A stretch of DNA of 64,000 nt from Spirogloea muscicola (GCA_009602725.1 WELB01000007.1:1388213-1452212); one strand, 5' to 3'; positions 14,930 to 28,571 are shown, counted from the stretch's first letter. The notes: generated by a model not told the origin, from the sequence alone. A program made the numbers and translations.

Positions 14930-16275
14930 TGCTATCGGGTCGCGAGAGTGGAGCTTTTTCTGGTGGATGTTCCGCACATCTCGAAGCAAGCCTGCTGCGC
15001 TGTCCGTTTGCCCCATCTCTAAGTTGATGTCGGCCATGTTTTGCTGTAGAGGCAGAAGTTATGAGAAGAGGTCAAGCATGGTGACAGACAGCTACCAAGT
15101 CATGAAGTGACTATTGCAACCGAACAAATGCTTCTCAAACAACCTTTGCTTGGGCGACGTACAGGTGGTCACTGCCAACAAGCTCCACAAGCCCATCTAG
15201 GGCTCTCCGTGTAGCTTTGCTGGCAACCTCAAGGTTGCCCAACCTCAGATGCGCCAAACCTATGCTGGAAGATAGCAACAAAGCCAAGAGACTCTGAGGG
15301 TGGTCTACAAGATCCTTGACCTGGTAACATCTCATCATCTTCCCAAACAGCAGCAGGGGTTCTGTGTAGGCTGTTGGTTGTCCATGATTTGCAGTTGAAT
15401 AACAGGGAAAAACAGGTGGTGTAAATGCATGCTCCACAGGGCAAGCTGCCCAAAGTGGTATAGCTCTGACCTGGTCTCAGCCATGGCCATCAAGAAAGAC
15501 CTGGCCTCCAGTGCAGCAGGAGAGCCCTCCAGCACTTCCTTGGCAGCTGCTGCCCACTTGAGCGCACAATGGTATTCGTCTTTATGCAGCTTGGCGACCG
15601 CAAGCCGGTTGAATGCCTCCCCGGCAACTCCACGCAGGTGGCCATCCCTGCTTTGAAATGTACACTGAAGGCGTCTTCAGGCAGGCAGCCTAATCGGCAC
15701 TCGGACTTGAACGTCGTAAAATGGAGCAAGGTGCTTAGCAGGCTCTGAAAGACCGAACCATCATAATGAAGTGGAATCATGACGCAGACAGCAGGCTGTG
15801 GGCGTTAAGATGTGGCTGCGTTCGGGGACCTGTCAGCTGCCTCCATGTTGGTCTGCTGCATGATCCGCAGCATGCGATCACAGAACGGCTCGGCACACTC
15901 ATACTCCCCGTGCTATCTACCAACAAAGACGACAACATCAATCAGGTCCTCGAAGTCAGGAGCCCCTGGACCTCTCGCACGGCCCCCTCTCGCACGGCAA
16001 CCAGCACACAGTCCAAGCCCCACCACAGAACCTGTCTGGAGGGCCAGCCCAGTATACGTTTACTGGCAAGACGGCAATGCAGCCCTTGGCAGCAGGATCC
16101 CTGAGGCGAGCACGGCTCGGGCTCTCAGTGGGCTCTCAGGTGAACTTGGGGCCGCACTTGGATGTGCGCGAGAGCCAGGCCGAGGCAGGCGTCGGCGACG
16201 GGCGCGCCGGCGCCGCCGTGGTCGCGCTCGCAGCGCTCCAGCTCGCGCTGCAGCGCCGCCAGGCGGCTGCGGTGC
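14930..16275 (-). CDS. TPR-like helical repeat protein (both ends uncertain; 5' end in gap)
   Basis: Exon peptides VADACLGLALAHIQ, GEYECAEPFCDRMLRI, EAFNRLAVAKLHKDEYHCAL, SSIGLAHLRLGNLEVA..LVGSDHLYVAQAK, NMADINLEMGQ. Confidence 0.55.
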
Positions 16276-16294
16276 CCTGCCAGGACCACACGCG

Positions 16295-16678
16295 NNNNNN
16301 NNNNNNNNNNNNNNNNNNNNNNNNNNNNNNNNNNNNNNNNNNNNNNNNNNNNNNNNNNNNNNNNNNNNNNNNNNNNNNNNNNNNNNNNNNNNNNNNNNNN
16401 NNNNNNNNNNNNNNNNNNNNNNNNNNNNNNNNNNNNNNNNNNNNNNNNNNNNNNNNNNNNNNNNNNNNNNNNNNNNNNNNNNNNNNNNNNNNNNNNNNNN
16501 NNNNNNNNNNNNNNNNNNNNNNNNNNNNNNNNNNNNNNNNNNNNNNNNNNNNNNNNNNNNNNNNNNNNNNNNNNNNNNNNNNNNNNNNNNNNNNNNNNNN
16601 NNNNNNNNNNNNNNNNNNNNNNNNNNNNNNNNNNNNNNNNNNNNNNNNNNNNNNNNNNNNNNNNNNNNNNNNNNNNNN
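16295..16678. other. Assembly gap
   Basis: N run between divergent TPR and MET1 genes. Confidence 0.99.
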
Positions 16679-18412
16679 GCGGAGCTGCGCCGCCGCCGGC
16701 CTGCCGGCGGCCCGGGCGCAGGCGGCGGCGGCGGCGACGGAGCAGGACACGTACGAGGTGGAGCTGGAGAAGCCGCTGGGCATCAAGTTCTACAAGGGGT
16801 CCGACGGCGGGACGTACGTCGACGACCTCGCGCCGGGCCTCAGCGCCGACCGCACCGGCCTCTTCACTCCCGGCGACAAGGTCCTGGCCACCAGGTCAGG
16901 CTGTTGATCCTCCCCCTCGTCTCAGCTGCCCCTTCCACTTGTCTGCAGCAGCTGTGTGGCTGCTGCGAGTGCATGGATCCGGCTACATACGCAGCGAGAA
17001 TGGTGTCGGGAGCTGCTCACAATCGTGTTCTGCTGCGAGCACCAGCCGATCGCAATGGAGTCAGCTGCGCTCTTGTGATCCTCTGCGCTTCATGCAAGAA
17101 CGGCTTATTGACAGGAAAGCATCTTGGGGTCCATGCGCAGTGCGGTGTTTGGGAATGAGATGTGGCCAGCTGCAGAGTACGGGCGCACAATGTACACCGT
17201 GCGGCAGCGCGTAGGCACAGTCCAGATGCGCCTCCAGAAAAGATACGGTATGTAGTTATTGCAGAATGCACCCTACTTCCCATGCAGCTCGCAATGGCAA
17301 GCACCACGGCGGTGGATGCTGGCCAGCCCAGCAACAGAACACAGGGGCACATGCAGTGATCGGACTTATACTGGAATGAGCAACCAGAGCTGAACACTGC
17401 TTTGAAGCCCTGCTGAACGTTGACCATGCAGGGAAGAGGGAGGATGCAGCGACGTCCAAAGAGCAGTACGATGCCGAGCGGAAGTCTGGCCAAGTTGGGG
17501 AGTTCATCCGGGAGAGGCAGGTCAGTCTTGCCGGGACGGACAAAGGAACCCAAACGAGGTCGAACGCCTGCAGGGTTCAGTGCATTGACTCGTTTTGCAA
17601 GTGTTGGTTGGCGTGGCAGATCGAGAACTATCTGAAGAAGCAGGAGCTCAAGGAGCAGCGAGTGGCAGAGCTTAATGGTGGCCTCAAGCTCTATAAGTGA
17701 GTTGCTCACCATGGTCTTTGTCTTGTGGACTAGCTCACTGGATGGACAGTGTGCCCACTGCCGGATCGTCAGTAAGATGCTTTTCCCGATGGCAATGGCT
17801 GGCAATGCAGAAGCGGTCAGTACGAGGATGCGCTCCTCAAATTTGAGACAGTGCTGGGACTGAAGGCCCCACAAAGGGAGGCGGCCATCGCCAGCTACAA
17901 TGTCGCCTGCTGCTATTCCATGCTGGGCCAGGTGTGCCTTCAGATCTATACACATGTGACGGTTGATCAAAGGCCACAACTGCAGCAAATGAGCTGCTCT
18001 CCTTATGCTGTGCACGGGGGTATGCAGGAGGAAGCGGGGCTCTCCGCTTTGGGTGACGCGTTTGAGGCTGGCTACGAGGACTATCAGGTTGGTGCTGCCG
18101 TGCATTTCCACCAACTTCCACTTGGCTATGCCCCGCTGCAAGCCGCTGGCCTGGCTTACAAAGGAGCGTACTTACTTGCATTGGCCCTTTTGCTGCACCT
18201 TTTGAGCACTCCCAATCCATAAGCTAAATCCATGACTCAAAGGAAGCGCGACACCTTCCTGCTTGCAGGCAGCAAGGACTGATCCAGACTTGGCAAAGCT
18301 TAGGGCGTCACCCAGATTTCTGGAGCTTCTTAACAAATATGACGAGCCTTTTTTCAATGAGAATGCTCTCAAGGCTATCAAGAACGTCTTCGGCATCTTT
18401 GGCAAGAAATGA
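16679..18412 (+). CDS. MET1: Chloroplast PDZ/K-box/TPR protein MET1 (ZKT); start in gap
   Basis: YEVELEKPLGIKFYKGSDGGTYVD, FTPGDKVLATSAVFG.EMWPAAEYG, IASYNVACCYS, LLNKYDEPFFNENALKAIKNVFGIFGKK*. Confidence 0.92.
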
Positions 18413-19246
18413 GGAGGGACCTGGCTGCAGGTCACTGCCTGGCAGGTGCATTTGTGGGACTTGGGGCCGTCTGCTTGACTCAGGCCGCCACAGGACCCCC
18501 CATGCAGAGAGCCTCTACAAGAGGCCATGCTAAGTGTCAATTTCCAGGCTTTGCTTCTTCTCTCCACATTGTTGACTTCTGCCCCTTTTGACCAATTTAG
18601 GCCCTGAAGCTAGCGACGCCTGTGAGGACTTGCCTTCCATCCTTGGCAAGACAGCCCTTGCTCGCTCATTGGAGGCCCCTATTTCACATTGTTGAGCACC
18701 TCTTCATTCTTGTAGATGAGGAGGGCTACGTGCAGCTGACTCATGGCAGCTGCCTGGCTTGCCTTTCTCAGAGTAGCCACATTCTTCCCTCCTATCCTTG
18801 CTTCATTTTCCACAGAATAGAAACGCCAGTGCAGGTTTTTGTACCTGCACTTGGACTGTGGCTGTGCTATTCCACTGGCTCAAAAATGTGGCCTCCAGTG
18901 CGTACTTCCCAGCCCCTGCTAGTCAAGGCAAGCAACATTCGCATGAGTTGCGCGCTCTGGCCCTTCCTGACCTGTGTGAGGTAGATGCTATCAGCCGCAT
19001 GGTTGCTCTGCTTGGTATGAATGTCGCTGCCAGGCTGTGAGAGGTCTGTGGACTTAATTCAAAACAGCAACTTGCGACGCCTACAGAACTTGCAACTTGA
19101 GACCTCCAAGGACTTTGCAGGGTACGTACCTGAGGTAGCCCTTGCAACAGAGGCAAATACGTGGCTTCTTAGAAGCTCCAGCAGAGGTCAAAGCATATGC
19201 ATCTTCTGGCCAGGGTGGCCGGCCATGGGGTACAGAAATGATGGCA

Positions 19247-20442
19247 TTAGTGGCCTTGGACCAGCGGGTTGAAGACAATGCCGCTCTCTGTCACGCGGAA
19301 CTGCAGCCGGCGGGCTAGCGGCAGAGGCCCTGGCGGGCCAGACAGCAGCTTCTGCGTCCTGTGCACAATCTCGACCTGATTGGACGGGACAAGCAGCACA
19401 GTATGAGTGCACAACAGAGACCTGGAGCGTCTTCTCACGTCAGTTCCCTTTGCTGTTTGTTAGCAAGGACACACCAAGCCGGGGCCAAGTTTAGGCTGCT
19501 CAAACAATGGGCGTGCCATTGAGCTGACCTGGCCATGCACGTCAGCGGCGTGGCCCGTGGCCAGCGGCTCCACAGAGAGCACTGTGTCGGCCCAGTGCCC
19601 CAGTGCGAGCGAGAGGGGTGCGTCGCAGGGCTCCCCAGGGCATGACTTGCACAAGTCGTCGGTGACGTCGCTGTGGGCGAGAACAACGACAGAACACCTC
19701 TGCCACAGAGAGCCAGCAGGGCCTATCAGTAAGTCAAGACATGGCCGTGTCCCTAGTCTCGGCGGTCCCAGCCTGCTCCTCGCTGTGAAGCTGTGCGTGC
19801 CAGAGGTGCTCCTGCTATGGGCGCTCACCTTGCCACGAGGGCCCAGTGCGCGGCAGCCGTGGATGAACGCCAGAGCGGCCCGTTGGCAGCCGCCGGCGAC
19901 GATCTCCAGGAAGCCCGCATTGTCGATCAGGACAGCGATGCTGGAGGGAGCCCCGTGCTGGCCTTCTCTGGCCGCCGAAATTGCGGCGACGGCGGCCTGC
20001 ACTTTGGCGTGCAATGCCCGGAGGTCGTGGCCGCAGCCGGCCTCGGCCTCCGCTTGCACCTGCACAGCCATCGCAGGCGCCCGTTCGGAGGCAAGCCCCG
20101 CGGCCTCGCCGGCGCCAGTCACGCAGTCGACGAAGGCGAAGGCGCCGCTGTCCTGGCAGGCGGCCAGGCTGTAGCCCTGCGCGCGGCGGATGACGAAGCT
20201 GGCTCGTCAGCCAGGCCCGCGACGTGGGCGCTCTCGCTCCGCCGAGGCGAGGTGTGTATACGGCAATGGAGGGCCTGAGTGGACAAGTACATGGGCAAGC
20301 ACAGCGGCAGATGTGCATCGGCTGCCGCTCAGCCGGCAGGGCGAGCGCACCAGCTTTCGGGCGACGGCGGCGTAGTGGCGCAGGGGCTCGGCGAGGCCGA
20401 CGAGGCAGGCGCCGGCGCCGCCGCCGCCGCCGCCGGGGGCGC
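19247..20442 (-). CDS. ELP6: Elongator complex protein 6; start in gap
   Basis: LVGLAEPLRHYAAVARKL, AVLIDN, ADTVLSVEPLATGHAADVHGQ, LQFRVTESGI. Confidence 0.85.
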
Positions 20443-21336
<894 letters not shown>

Positions 21337-21341
21337 CGCAG

Positions 21342-24300
21342 GCGCTGTACGTGCTGCACGAGGCGGCGTCGGGGTACGCGGTGTTCGAGGCGGGCGGGCT
21401 GGACGAGGTGGGGCGGGACAGCGACGCGGTGCAGGGCGCCGTGGCGGACCTCGCGCGCTTCGGCCGCGTCGTGCGCCTCGCCGCCTTCCGCCCCTTCGCC
21501 TCCGCCGCCGACGCGCTCGACCAGTGCAACGCCATCTCCGAAGGTCCGCCGCCGCCGCCGCCGCCGCAGCCGCCGCAGCGGGCGCTGGGGCCTCCTGCTG
21601 ACGGCCCGCGCGGCGGCGGAGGTCGTGACAGGCCTCCTGACGACGGAGCTCGAGAGCTTCCTGGAGCTGAACCTGCCCAAGGTCAGCAAGGCCGCCGCCG
21701 GCGGCGGCAGCGCCAAGAAGGCGCCCAAGTTCAGCCTGGGCGTCGCGGAGCCCAAGCTGGGGTCCGCCATCCAGGAGGCCACCGGCATCCCCTGCCAGAG
21801 CAACGACTTCATCCTGGAGCTCGTGCGCGGCATCCGCCTCCACTTTGCCCGCTTCATCAAGGACCTCAAGGTGCCGCCCCCCCACTTCTGCCCCTGGCTT
21901 TGAACGGGCGCCAAAACGGGCAGCTGCTCTGTCCGGGTCTCCGGTAGTAGCTGGTCAATGGCGTCACAGTGGGCAGGGGAACAATGCTTGCAGCTTCCCT
22001 CGTTACATGGGCGTGCACCTGCGGCAATGTCTGACGTGCACAATGGGCTGCGCAGCCGCCCCGAGTATGATGATGACGCCTCCTAGCAGCTGGCCTAATA
22101 TTGCAACTGTCCTGGTTGGTCCTTGTCGGTCAGTTCTAGGAGCTCAGTAGGCATTATTTGAAGCTGACTATGGTCGCTTGCTGCCTGAACATGGTGAATG
22201 CAGGAAGGCGACCTGGAAAAGGCGCAGCTTGGGCTCGGGCACAGCTACAGCCGTTCCAAGGTGAAGTTCAATGTCAACCGCGTCGACAACATGATCATCC
22301 AGAGCATCAGCCTGCTCGACACGCTGGACAAGGACATCAACACCTTCTGCATGCGCGTCAGGTGCGCCGTCACTCATCCTGCATAATGGTCGAGGAGATT
22401 GACAAGGTATGTAGCTCAGTGGTTCTTGCTTCTGAATACTGTCAAGGCGATTTTGACATGTGCGGCATGCTGTGACAGGGAGTGGTACTCATGGCACTTC
22501 CCCGAGTTGGTGAAGATTGTGAATGACAACTATCAGTACGCACAGTGTGCGGGGCTGATCAAGGACAAGTCAAAGCTGGCAGAGGACACCCTCCCGGCAC
22601 TCACAGAGATTATTGGTGACCCCGACAAAGCGCAGGAGGTGCTGGAGGCTGCAAGAGCTTCCATGGGTACGCACTCATCACCTCGCTATTGTTGCTACTG
22701 CAGCAGACCACTACCTTGTCTGTGGAGTCGTATTTGTCATATGTCACATTACTTACAGGGCAACAATCTAATGGCACCATGACAGTGCTGCGTCCCTGCA
22801 GGCCAGGACATATCCCCAATTGACATGATCAACATTGAGAACTTTGCACAGCGGGTAGTGAAGTTGGTGGACTTTCGCAGGGACGTGTACGCCTACCTGG
22901 TATCCAAGATGGCAGATGTGGCCCCAAATCTGGGGGCGCTTATTGGGGAGGTGGTCGGGGCTCGACTTATCTCACATGCCGGCAGCCTTACCAACTTAGC
23001 CAAGTATCCGGCCTCCACTGTGCAGATTTTGGGTGCTGAGAAGGCCCTATTCAGGTAAAGTGGGTACTAGGACATCATCCTTTAGCATCCTTTACAACTA
23101 TGTACTCAAGCACAGCCTGTTGCATAGCACCAGGCTTTGTGAGGGTAGCAGTCGTAGGATGTACTTGCCTTGTGCCTGTTCAAGAAACTCACACTTCTCA
23201 CCTGTTCCCTGCGACAGAGCTCTGAAGACAAAGGGCAACACGCCCAAGTACGGCCTCATATTCCACTCGTCATTCATAGGGAGGGCGTCAGCACGGAACA
23301 AGGGGCGCATATCACGCTACCTTGCCAACAAGTGCTCCATAGCTTGCAGAATAGATTGCTTCTCAGGTGGTTTTCATACACCTCCGTCTTGCTTGACAAA
23401 TGTCATATCCTTAGGGCGAGCTTGGTGAACCTACTGGAGTTGTGTCAGCTGTTGGCACGGAGCAAGGCATTGGCATGCATGTACTGAAATTCAAGGTCGG
23501 ACTCTGCCTCCGCAAAGAGGGGGGAAGATGAGTAGTTCAATTGTATTGACCTGGCAAAGTGCAATCATGTAACCCTATCTTATGCTGAGTTGCAGAGACG
23601 AGCACGAAAAGCTTTGGTGAGAAGCTCAAGGAGCAGGTGGAGGAGAGGCTTAATTTCTATGACAATGGCGTGGCCCCCAGGCGAAATATTGATGTCATGA
23701 AGGGTGTGATTGATGGTCTGAAGCAGACGGCTGCTACCACCTCTGCAGGTAAAAATACAGCCAATCTGACTGCAAGTCAAGAAGGGCTTTCACTTGCAAA
23801 CACCATCTCTTGGCTGACTAGCTGTTTGGGGTTCTCTGCACATGTGACCGGTAGTCATCCAACCCAGGAAGTGACTGTGATACCAAATTCGCTTAGCTTG
23901 CGGCATTCATTGACTTTCACAATTCGCTGACAAGTAGCGGGAGCACATACTGCGAGGATTTGCACTTTGAATCACTGACCAGGATTGATTGGGACCACAA
24001 ACACGCGCCGAGAAGGTCCAGTTGCTTTGGAGCCTCATAGTAGCTTGCCCCATGATGAGTCTGCTTTAACCACACTGAAGCTCGGGCTGAGCTGAGCACC
24101 GGAGGCCCCTCAGCCTGCCGAGGACGGCCGCGGGGGTTGTTGCAGCACCGATTGGCCTTGCCAGTCAGTCCTGCTCCTTCCAACGGCGCCGGAGGCGGTA
24201 CAATCGATCGGCTGACGGGCGCAAGGACGCTCGCTTAGGGGCATGTGGTCAACTCGGCCAAACTGAGGGCGCTTCAGACAAACTTGCAGGAGTGCATCGG

Positions 24301-24964
24301 AAGGAGTGGCCTGCTGAGTTCGAAATGCAGTAGTGCCGCTTACGGCTTGCTTGCCTGGTGATTGCAGAGAAGCCCAAGCAAAAGGAGAAGAGAAGACTTG
24401 AGGATGGCATGCCAGATGGAGTAGCCTCAGCGGAGAAGGAGCCAACACCGAAGTCAAAGAAGAAGGAGAAGAAGAGCCATGCAGCCGCGAGCCCGGGGGC
24501 AGAACTACTTGCCACGCCAGCAGTGGCAGCAACCCCAGCCAGTGCCACCCCTTCTGGCAAGAGCTTAAAGAAAGCCAAGAAGGTCTGCCTCTCACCCTTC
24601 TCAAGTCTGTTCAGGTATGGGTACAGGTATAGGTAAAGTTTGGACTGCAATGTGGTAGTCTCTGTGTTAGTAACAGATCGCAATGTCATTGCCTGCCACT
24701 CAAAGAAGGTGCTCTTCCTATGGTATCTGTTAGTTTTGCAGCTCATTCTCCTTCAGTCGCTGTCTGCCACGTCTACCTGCGACAGACTTGGCTGACTGTC
24801 TCTTTCCCGTACAGGTTGCCTTGGATGGGGCTCCAGTTACTTCAGCTTTGCAGGCTACTTCAGTTTCAAAGAGCAAGAAGGCATCGACGCCAGCAGCGGC
24901 TGCTGCAGTCACGCCCCAAGGCACACTGAAAGTGGCAAAGAGGAGGAGGAAGGACGACACATGA
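21342..24964 (+). CDS. NOP56: Nucleolar protein 56 (box C/D snoRNP core); ATG exon in gap
   Basis: [101 protein letters not shown], lysine-rich tail. Confidence 0.97.
22061..22173 (+). ncRNA. Candidate intronic box C/D snoRNA (NOP56 intron)
   Basis: C box ATGATGA at 22067, D box CTGA at 22164, weak terminal stem CCGAG/CT(A)TGG, internal hairpin. Confidence 0.35.
24047..24270 (+). ncRNA. Candidate long intronic box C/D RNA (NOP56 intron)
   Basis: GCCC-c-ATGATGA (24047-24058) ... CTGA-GGGC (24263-24270) gives canonical K-turn geometry; D' CTGA at 24075; CpG-rich structured interior in the gene's longest visible intron. Confidence 0.6.
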
Positions 24965-25315
24965 TCTACGGGGAAAATTTACACGTCTTCCTAGCTGCTC
25001 AATGTCGAAGCCTGTAAATGTGCAGTGGCCCTGCAGACGGTTCTGCATGCATCAGCTTCAATGTATGATAATTGGTGCTCTGCTCCCGGATGTGAAACTA
25101 CAAGGCTACCTAGGTAGCTGCTACAAGAAGTTCCAGAAGCTGCAAGCTTGGTGCTTGCTCAGGCAGCAGTGCACAGTGAGGGAAGGGGACTTTTGCTCCT
25201 GTCGAGGCAGAAGCCATGCAGGCACCTTGAGGAGAATGTGGCTTGTGTATGGGTTGTACAGGTCGCTGCGAGAAAGGAAGACTGCTCGGCTGGGAGATGG
25301 ATCAGCCTTTTTCGT

Positions 25316-25375
25316 CAATTCTTTTCGGGCTGGCTGTTCACAGCTCTTCCCCCTTTGGGAAGCCACTTTGTTTCT
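25316..25375 (+). repeat. Dispersed GGGCTGGC element copy
   Basis: CAATTCTTTTCGGGCTGGCTGTTCACAGCTCTTCCCCCTTTGGGAAGCCACTT. Confidence 0.7.
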
Positions 25376-25789
25376 TCCTATTTGAGGCGTCACAGTGCAC
25401 CGAAGTGCTGGTGCAGAGGACTCATGGAGAAGACGGGGTTATAGCTTGGAAGCTTGAGCAGTCCGTGGTCAGCCCGAAAAGCCCCGCTTGGCAGGAGGGC
25501 GCCTGGGACGTTTGAGCCGCAGAGGAGCTGGAGAGCAGAGTGGCAGGAGGAGAGGCAGCTTGCAAGCGCCCAGGCAGCAGCTCCAGCTTCTGTCGGACAG
25601 CAGAAGGCCGGCAGCCTCAGATTCCAAACACCACACCCACTGCTTCCTCGGCTACACTCCCGTCTCCCATGGTGTGGCAACCAGTGGCACGGCGTGGGTC
25701 ACATGCCGTGCCATGTGACCCATGCATGGAATGGAAGTTACTGAGCAGGCACCCCCTTAGTGGTGGTCTCTACATTTCCCGGCGCCTTA

Positions 25790-25829
25790 AGACCTCGTTA
25801 GACTTCCTTAGACCTCGTTAGACCTCGTT
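25790..25829. repeat. 10-bp tandem repeat (AGACCTCGTT)x4
   Basis: Four units, one of them a variant. Confidence 0.85.
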
Positions 25830-25953
25830 CAATCCTTTGTGGGCTGGCTCATCACAGCCCTCGCCGGCTTTGAAAGAGCTGCGTCTTTCGTCTCATCATG
25901 CTTTCTCAGTGGGAGAGACGGCGCGCGGTGCGCATGAAATTGAAAGGGAGGCC
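25830..25953 (+). repeat. GGGCTGGC element plus partner motif immediately upstream of the monooxygenase
   Basis: GGGCTG at 25841; 25912-25949 matches 555-592 at 36 of 38 nt. Confidence 0.75.
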
Positions 25954-26064
25954 AATTCTAGTGGGAGAAAGACTATGCCCAGTGGGCCGCAGGTCTGGTG
26001 CGGAAACGAAGTGGCTGGCACCCCGGTGCGCGGCCGCGAACTGCGACTCCCAGCTCCAGCGTCC

Positions 26065-28571
26065 ATGGCTGCGCTTCCCGGCGGCGGCGGCGGCCGCGCA
26101 GGCGTCGCGGCGGCGGCGTCGCGCGGCTCCGCCGAGCTGCCGAGGTGCCGAGCCCGAGCGCGTCGCGGGCCTCCAGTGCCGCTCGAAGGCCCAGGAGGCC
26201 CACGGCCGCACCGCCGAGCGCCACGCTTGCGGAGCCTGGGCCACGCTAGCGAGAGTCCTGCCTCGCGGCAAAGCCGTGACTGCTGGCTCCCGCCGTCTCG
26301 TCGGCGCGCAGGCTCAGCGCCCAGCAGGGCAGCGCCCGACTGCCGGCCTCGCCAGGTGCTGGTAGGCTGCCGGGGCGGTGGTCGCGGGCGCTCCTTGAGG
26401 CCTCGCGGAGTGCCCCGCGCAGCGGCTTGGATGCCGCGCGGCGGCGGCGGCGGCGGCCACCGCCCTGCAGGCCTGCAAAGTCGGCAACTGTGCGGGCTTC
26501 TGCTACTACTCCCGAGGTTGTCATCGTCGGGGCGGGTATCGCGGGCCTCTCGACAGCCCTTGCGCTTACCAGGTCAGGTTCCCTACTGTCGACCGCGGCG
26601 CCCTGTGTGCTGTCATTACTATTCGCTGCGGCAGTACGATGGCAGACCTGCAAGCCGTCCCGCTTCCACCCTTGCGATTCTAAATGAAGTTGTTGTGTCA
26701 GGTATAGCACTCAGGCTTTGAATTTCAGAATGTTGGGGCTTCAGTCGGCCCGGTTGACGCTGCCCGCCACGCCGTGGAGCCAGGGTTGGCATCCCCGTCG
26801 TAGTGCTGGAGAGGTCACCCGGCCTGCGGGAGGGCGGCGCAGCACTGAGCCTGTGGGGCAATGCCTGGCGCGCTCTGGACGTCCTGGGTGTAGGCGAGAG
26901 CCTCAGAAGCCAATACACAACCCTGACCAGGTGAGGGGCCGGCCAAAGGAAGGCGGACGACCAGCCAATGCATGGGCCGCATGGTGCACTTGGGAGCCAG
27001 CCTTGCCGCTGCAGTTTTCGGAGGGCAACATCACAACTTATACTCTCCTGCCCCTCAGGGTGGAGCTGTGTAGCAGCGACGGACGTCTTCTGAAGGCATT
27101 TGATTTTGACGAATGCGATGGCGGGTGTGTGCTCATTGCATTCTTTCCCAGCAGCTCAGCTGCATATGGCTGCGGGGTTTGAGGAGCATGCAGCTGGCCC
27201 TTGTAACAAGTGGAGCTGGTCGTGCTGGACATCAGACCTCAAGTTGGCGCATTGTCTTGCACTTGGCACTGCAGACCCCACGAGGTCAGAGGAGTGCATC
27301 GCGTGGCTCTCTTGCAGGCTTTGGCCAAGGACCTTCCGCCCAATACCATCCGCTTCAGCTCCCGTGTGAGCAGCATTGCCGGGTCTTCACGAGACCACAT
27401 CTACAAGGTCGGGCTAGAGGACGGCGATGAGTACAACGCAAAGGTCAACCTAGATTCTACCTCTGCAAGGCTGTGCTGCTTGCCTTGAGGCGGATTGCAA
27501 CATGCCGACATGCAAGTTCAGGAGCTGGCATCATTTGGACTCCTTTCTGGTCCTACATAGTGGTACGTGCTTGCTAACTCATTAGATTGTCCTACAGGTC
27601 ATCGTTGGATGCGATGGGGCGAACTCAAAAGTGGCCAAGTATTTGGGACTGAAGGATGTGAATTATGCTGGTTACTCTGCCTATCGGGGGGTCAGCCACA
27701 TGCCAGCAGGTCACTCCCTGGGGGGCACGGTATGCCAGGCGCTCGGCCGAGGAGTCCGTGCCGGCATGTATCCTCTGAATGCGCAGGAAGTCTACTGGTT
27801 CACCGTCTTTAATTCGCCTCCAGGTGAGGAGAGTGACATGCTCAGTGCTGAGGTCGATTCATTTTCAAGGGAAATAAGACCGCTTACCGTTGCGTGCTGG
27901 GTGCCACTGGTAAGAGTGTGTGACTTGTTGTTGCAGGTGTGCGAGATGAGACTCCTGCAGCGATGAAAAAGGCGGCACTGGACTCAATTTTGGGGTGGCC
28001 CCAGGAGATTGTAGACCCCATGCGCTGCACATCTGAGGAGCAGATTACTCGGTCCGACATCACGGATCGGTGGCTTCTGCCGCTGCCGGGCGTGAGGTGG
28101 GGCAGGGGGGGGGTTACGCTTGCAGGGGATGCCGCACACCCCATGACACCAAACCTCGGCCAAGGCGCCTGCACTGCCCTTGAGGATTCAGTTGTCTTGG
28201 CCAGAGAGCTGGCTGACACCCCCTTGGTTAGCGTGCCGGTGAAGCAAGCCGCTGGTGAGATGGTGGCTGCTGGTGGCTCGTCAAATTCGTGGGAGACAGG
28301 TGGTCAAGCCAGTGGCAAGAGGCAGCCAACGGAAGCTCATGATAAGGTGCATGTGGGTACGACAGTCGATGCGGCCCTGGAGAGGTATGAAAAGGAACGG
28401 CTAAGACGGTGCGCCATCCTGACAGTGAGGGCCAATGCCATGGGCCGCCTCTTACAGCTGCCATACGCGCCGGTTTGCCACATACGAGACAATCTGGCCA
28501 TTCCCCGAGTGTTCCCCGTTGCCCACTTTCTGGACCACACCTTGTACGACTGCGGCGAGTTGCCCGCCTGA
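26065..28571 (+). CDS. FAD-dependent monooxygenase (plant MO1/MO2-like), probable plastid transit peptide
   Basis: VVIVGAGIAGL Rossmann motif, VIVGCDGANS, YAGYSAYRG, VTLAGDAAHPMTPNLGQGACTALED, FLDHTLYDCGEL. Confidence 0.9.

Noticed and set aside
17017..18141. 374-aa minus-strand ORF
   Set aside because: Antisense shadow of MET1 exons and introns; no motif support
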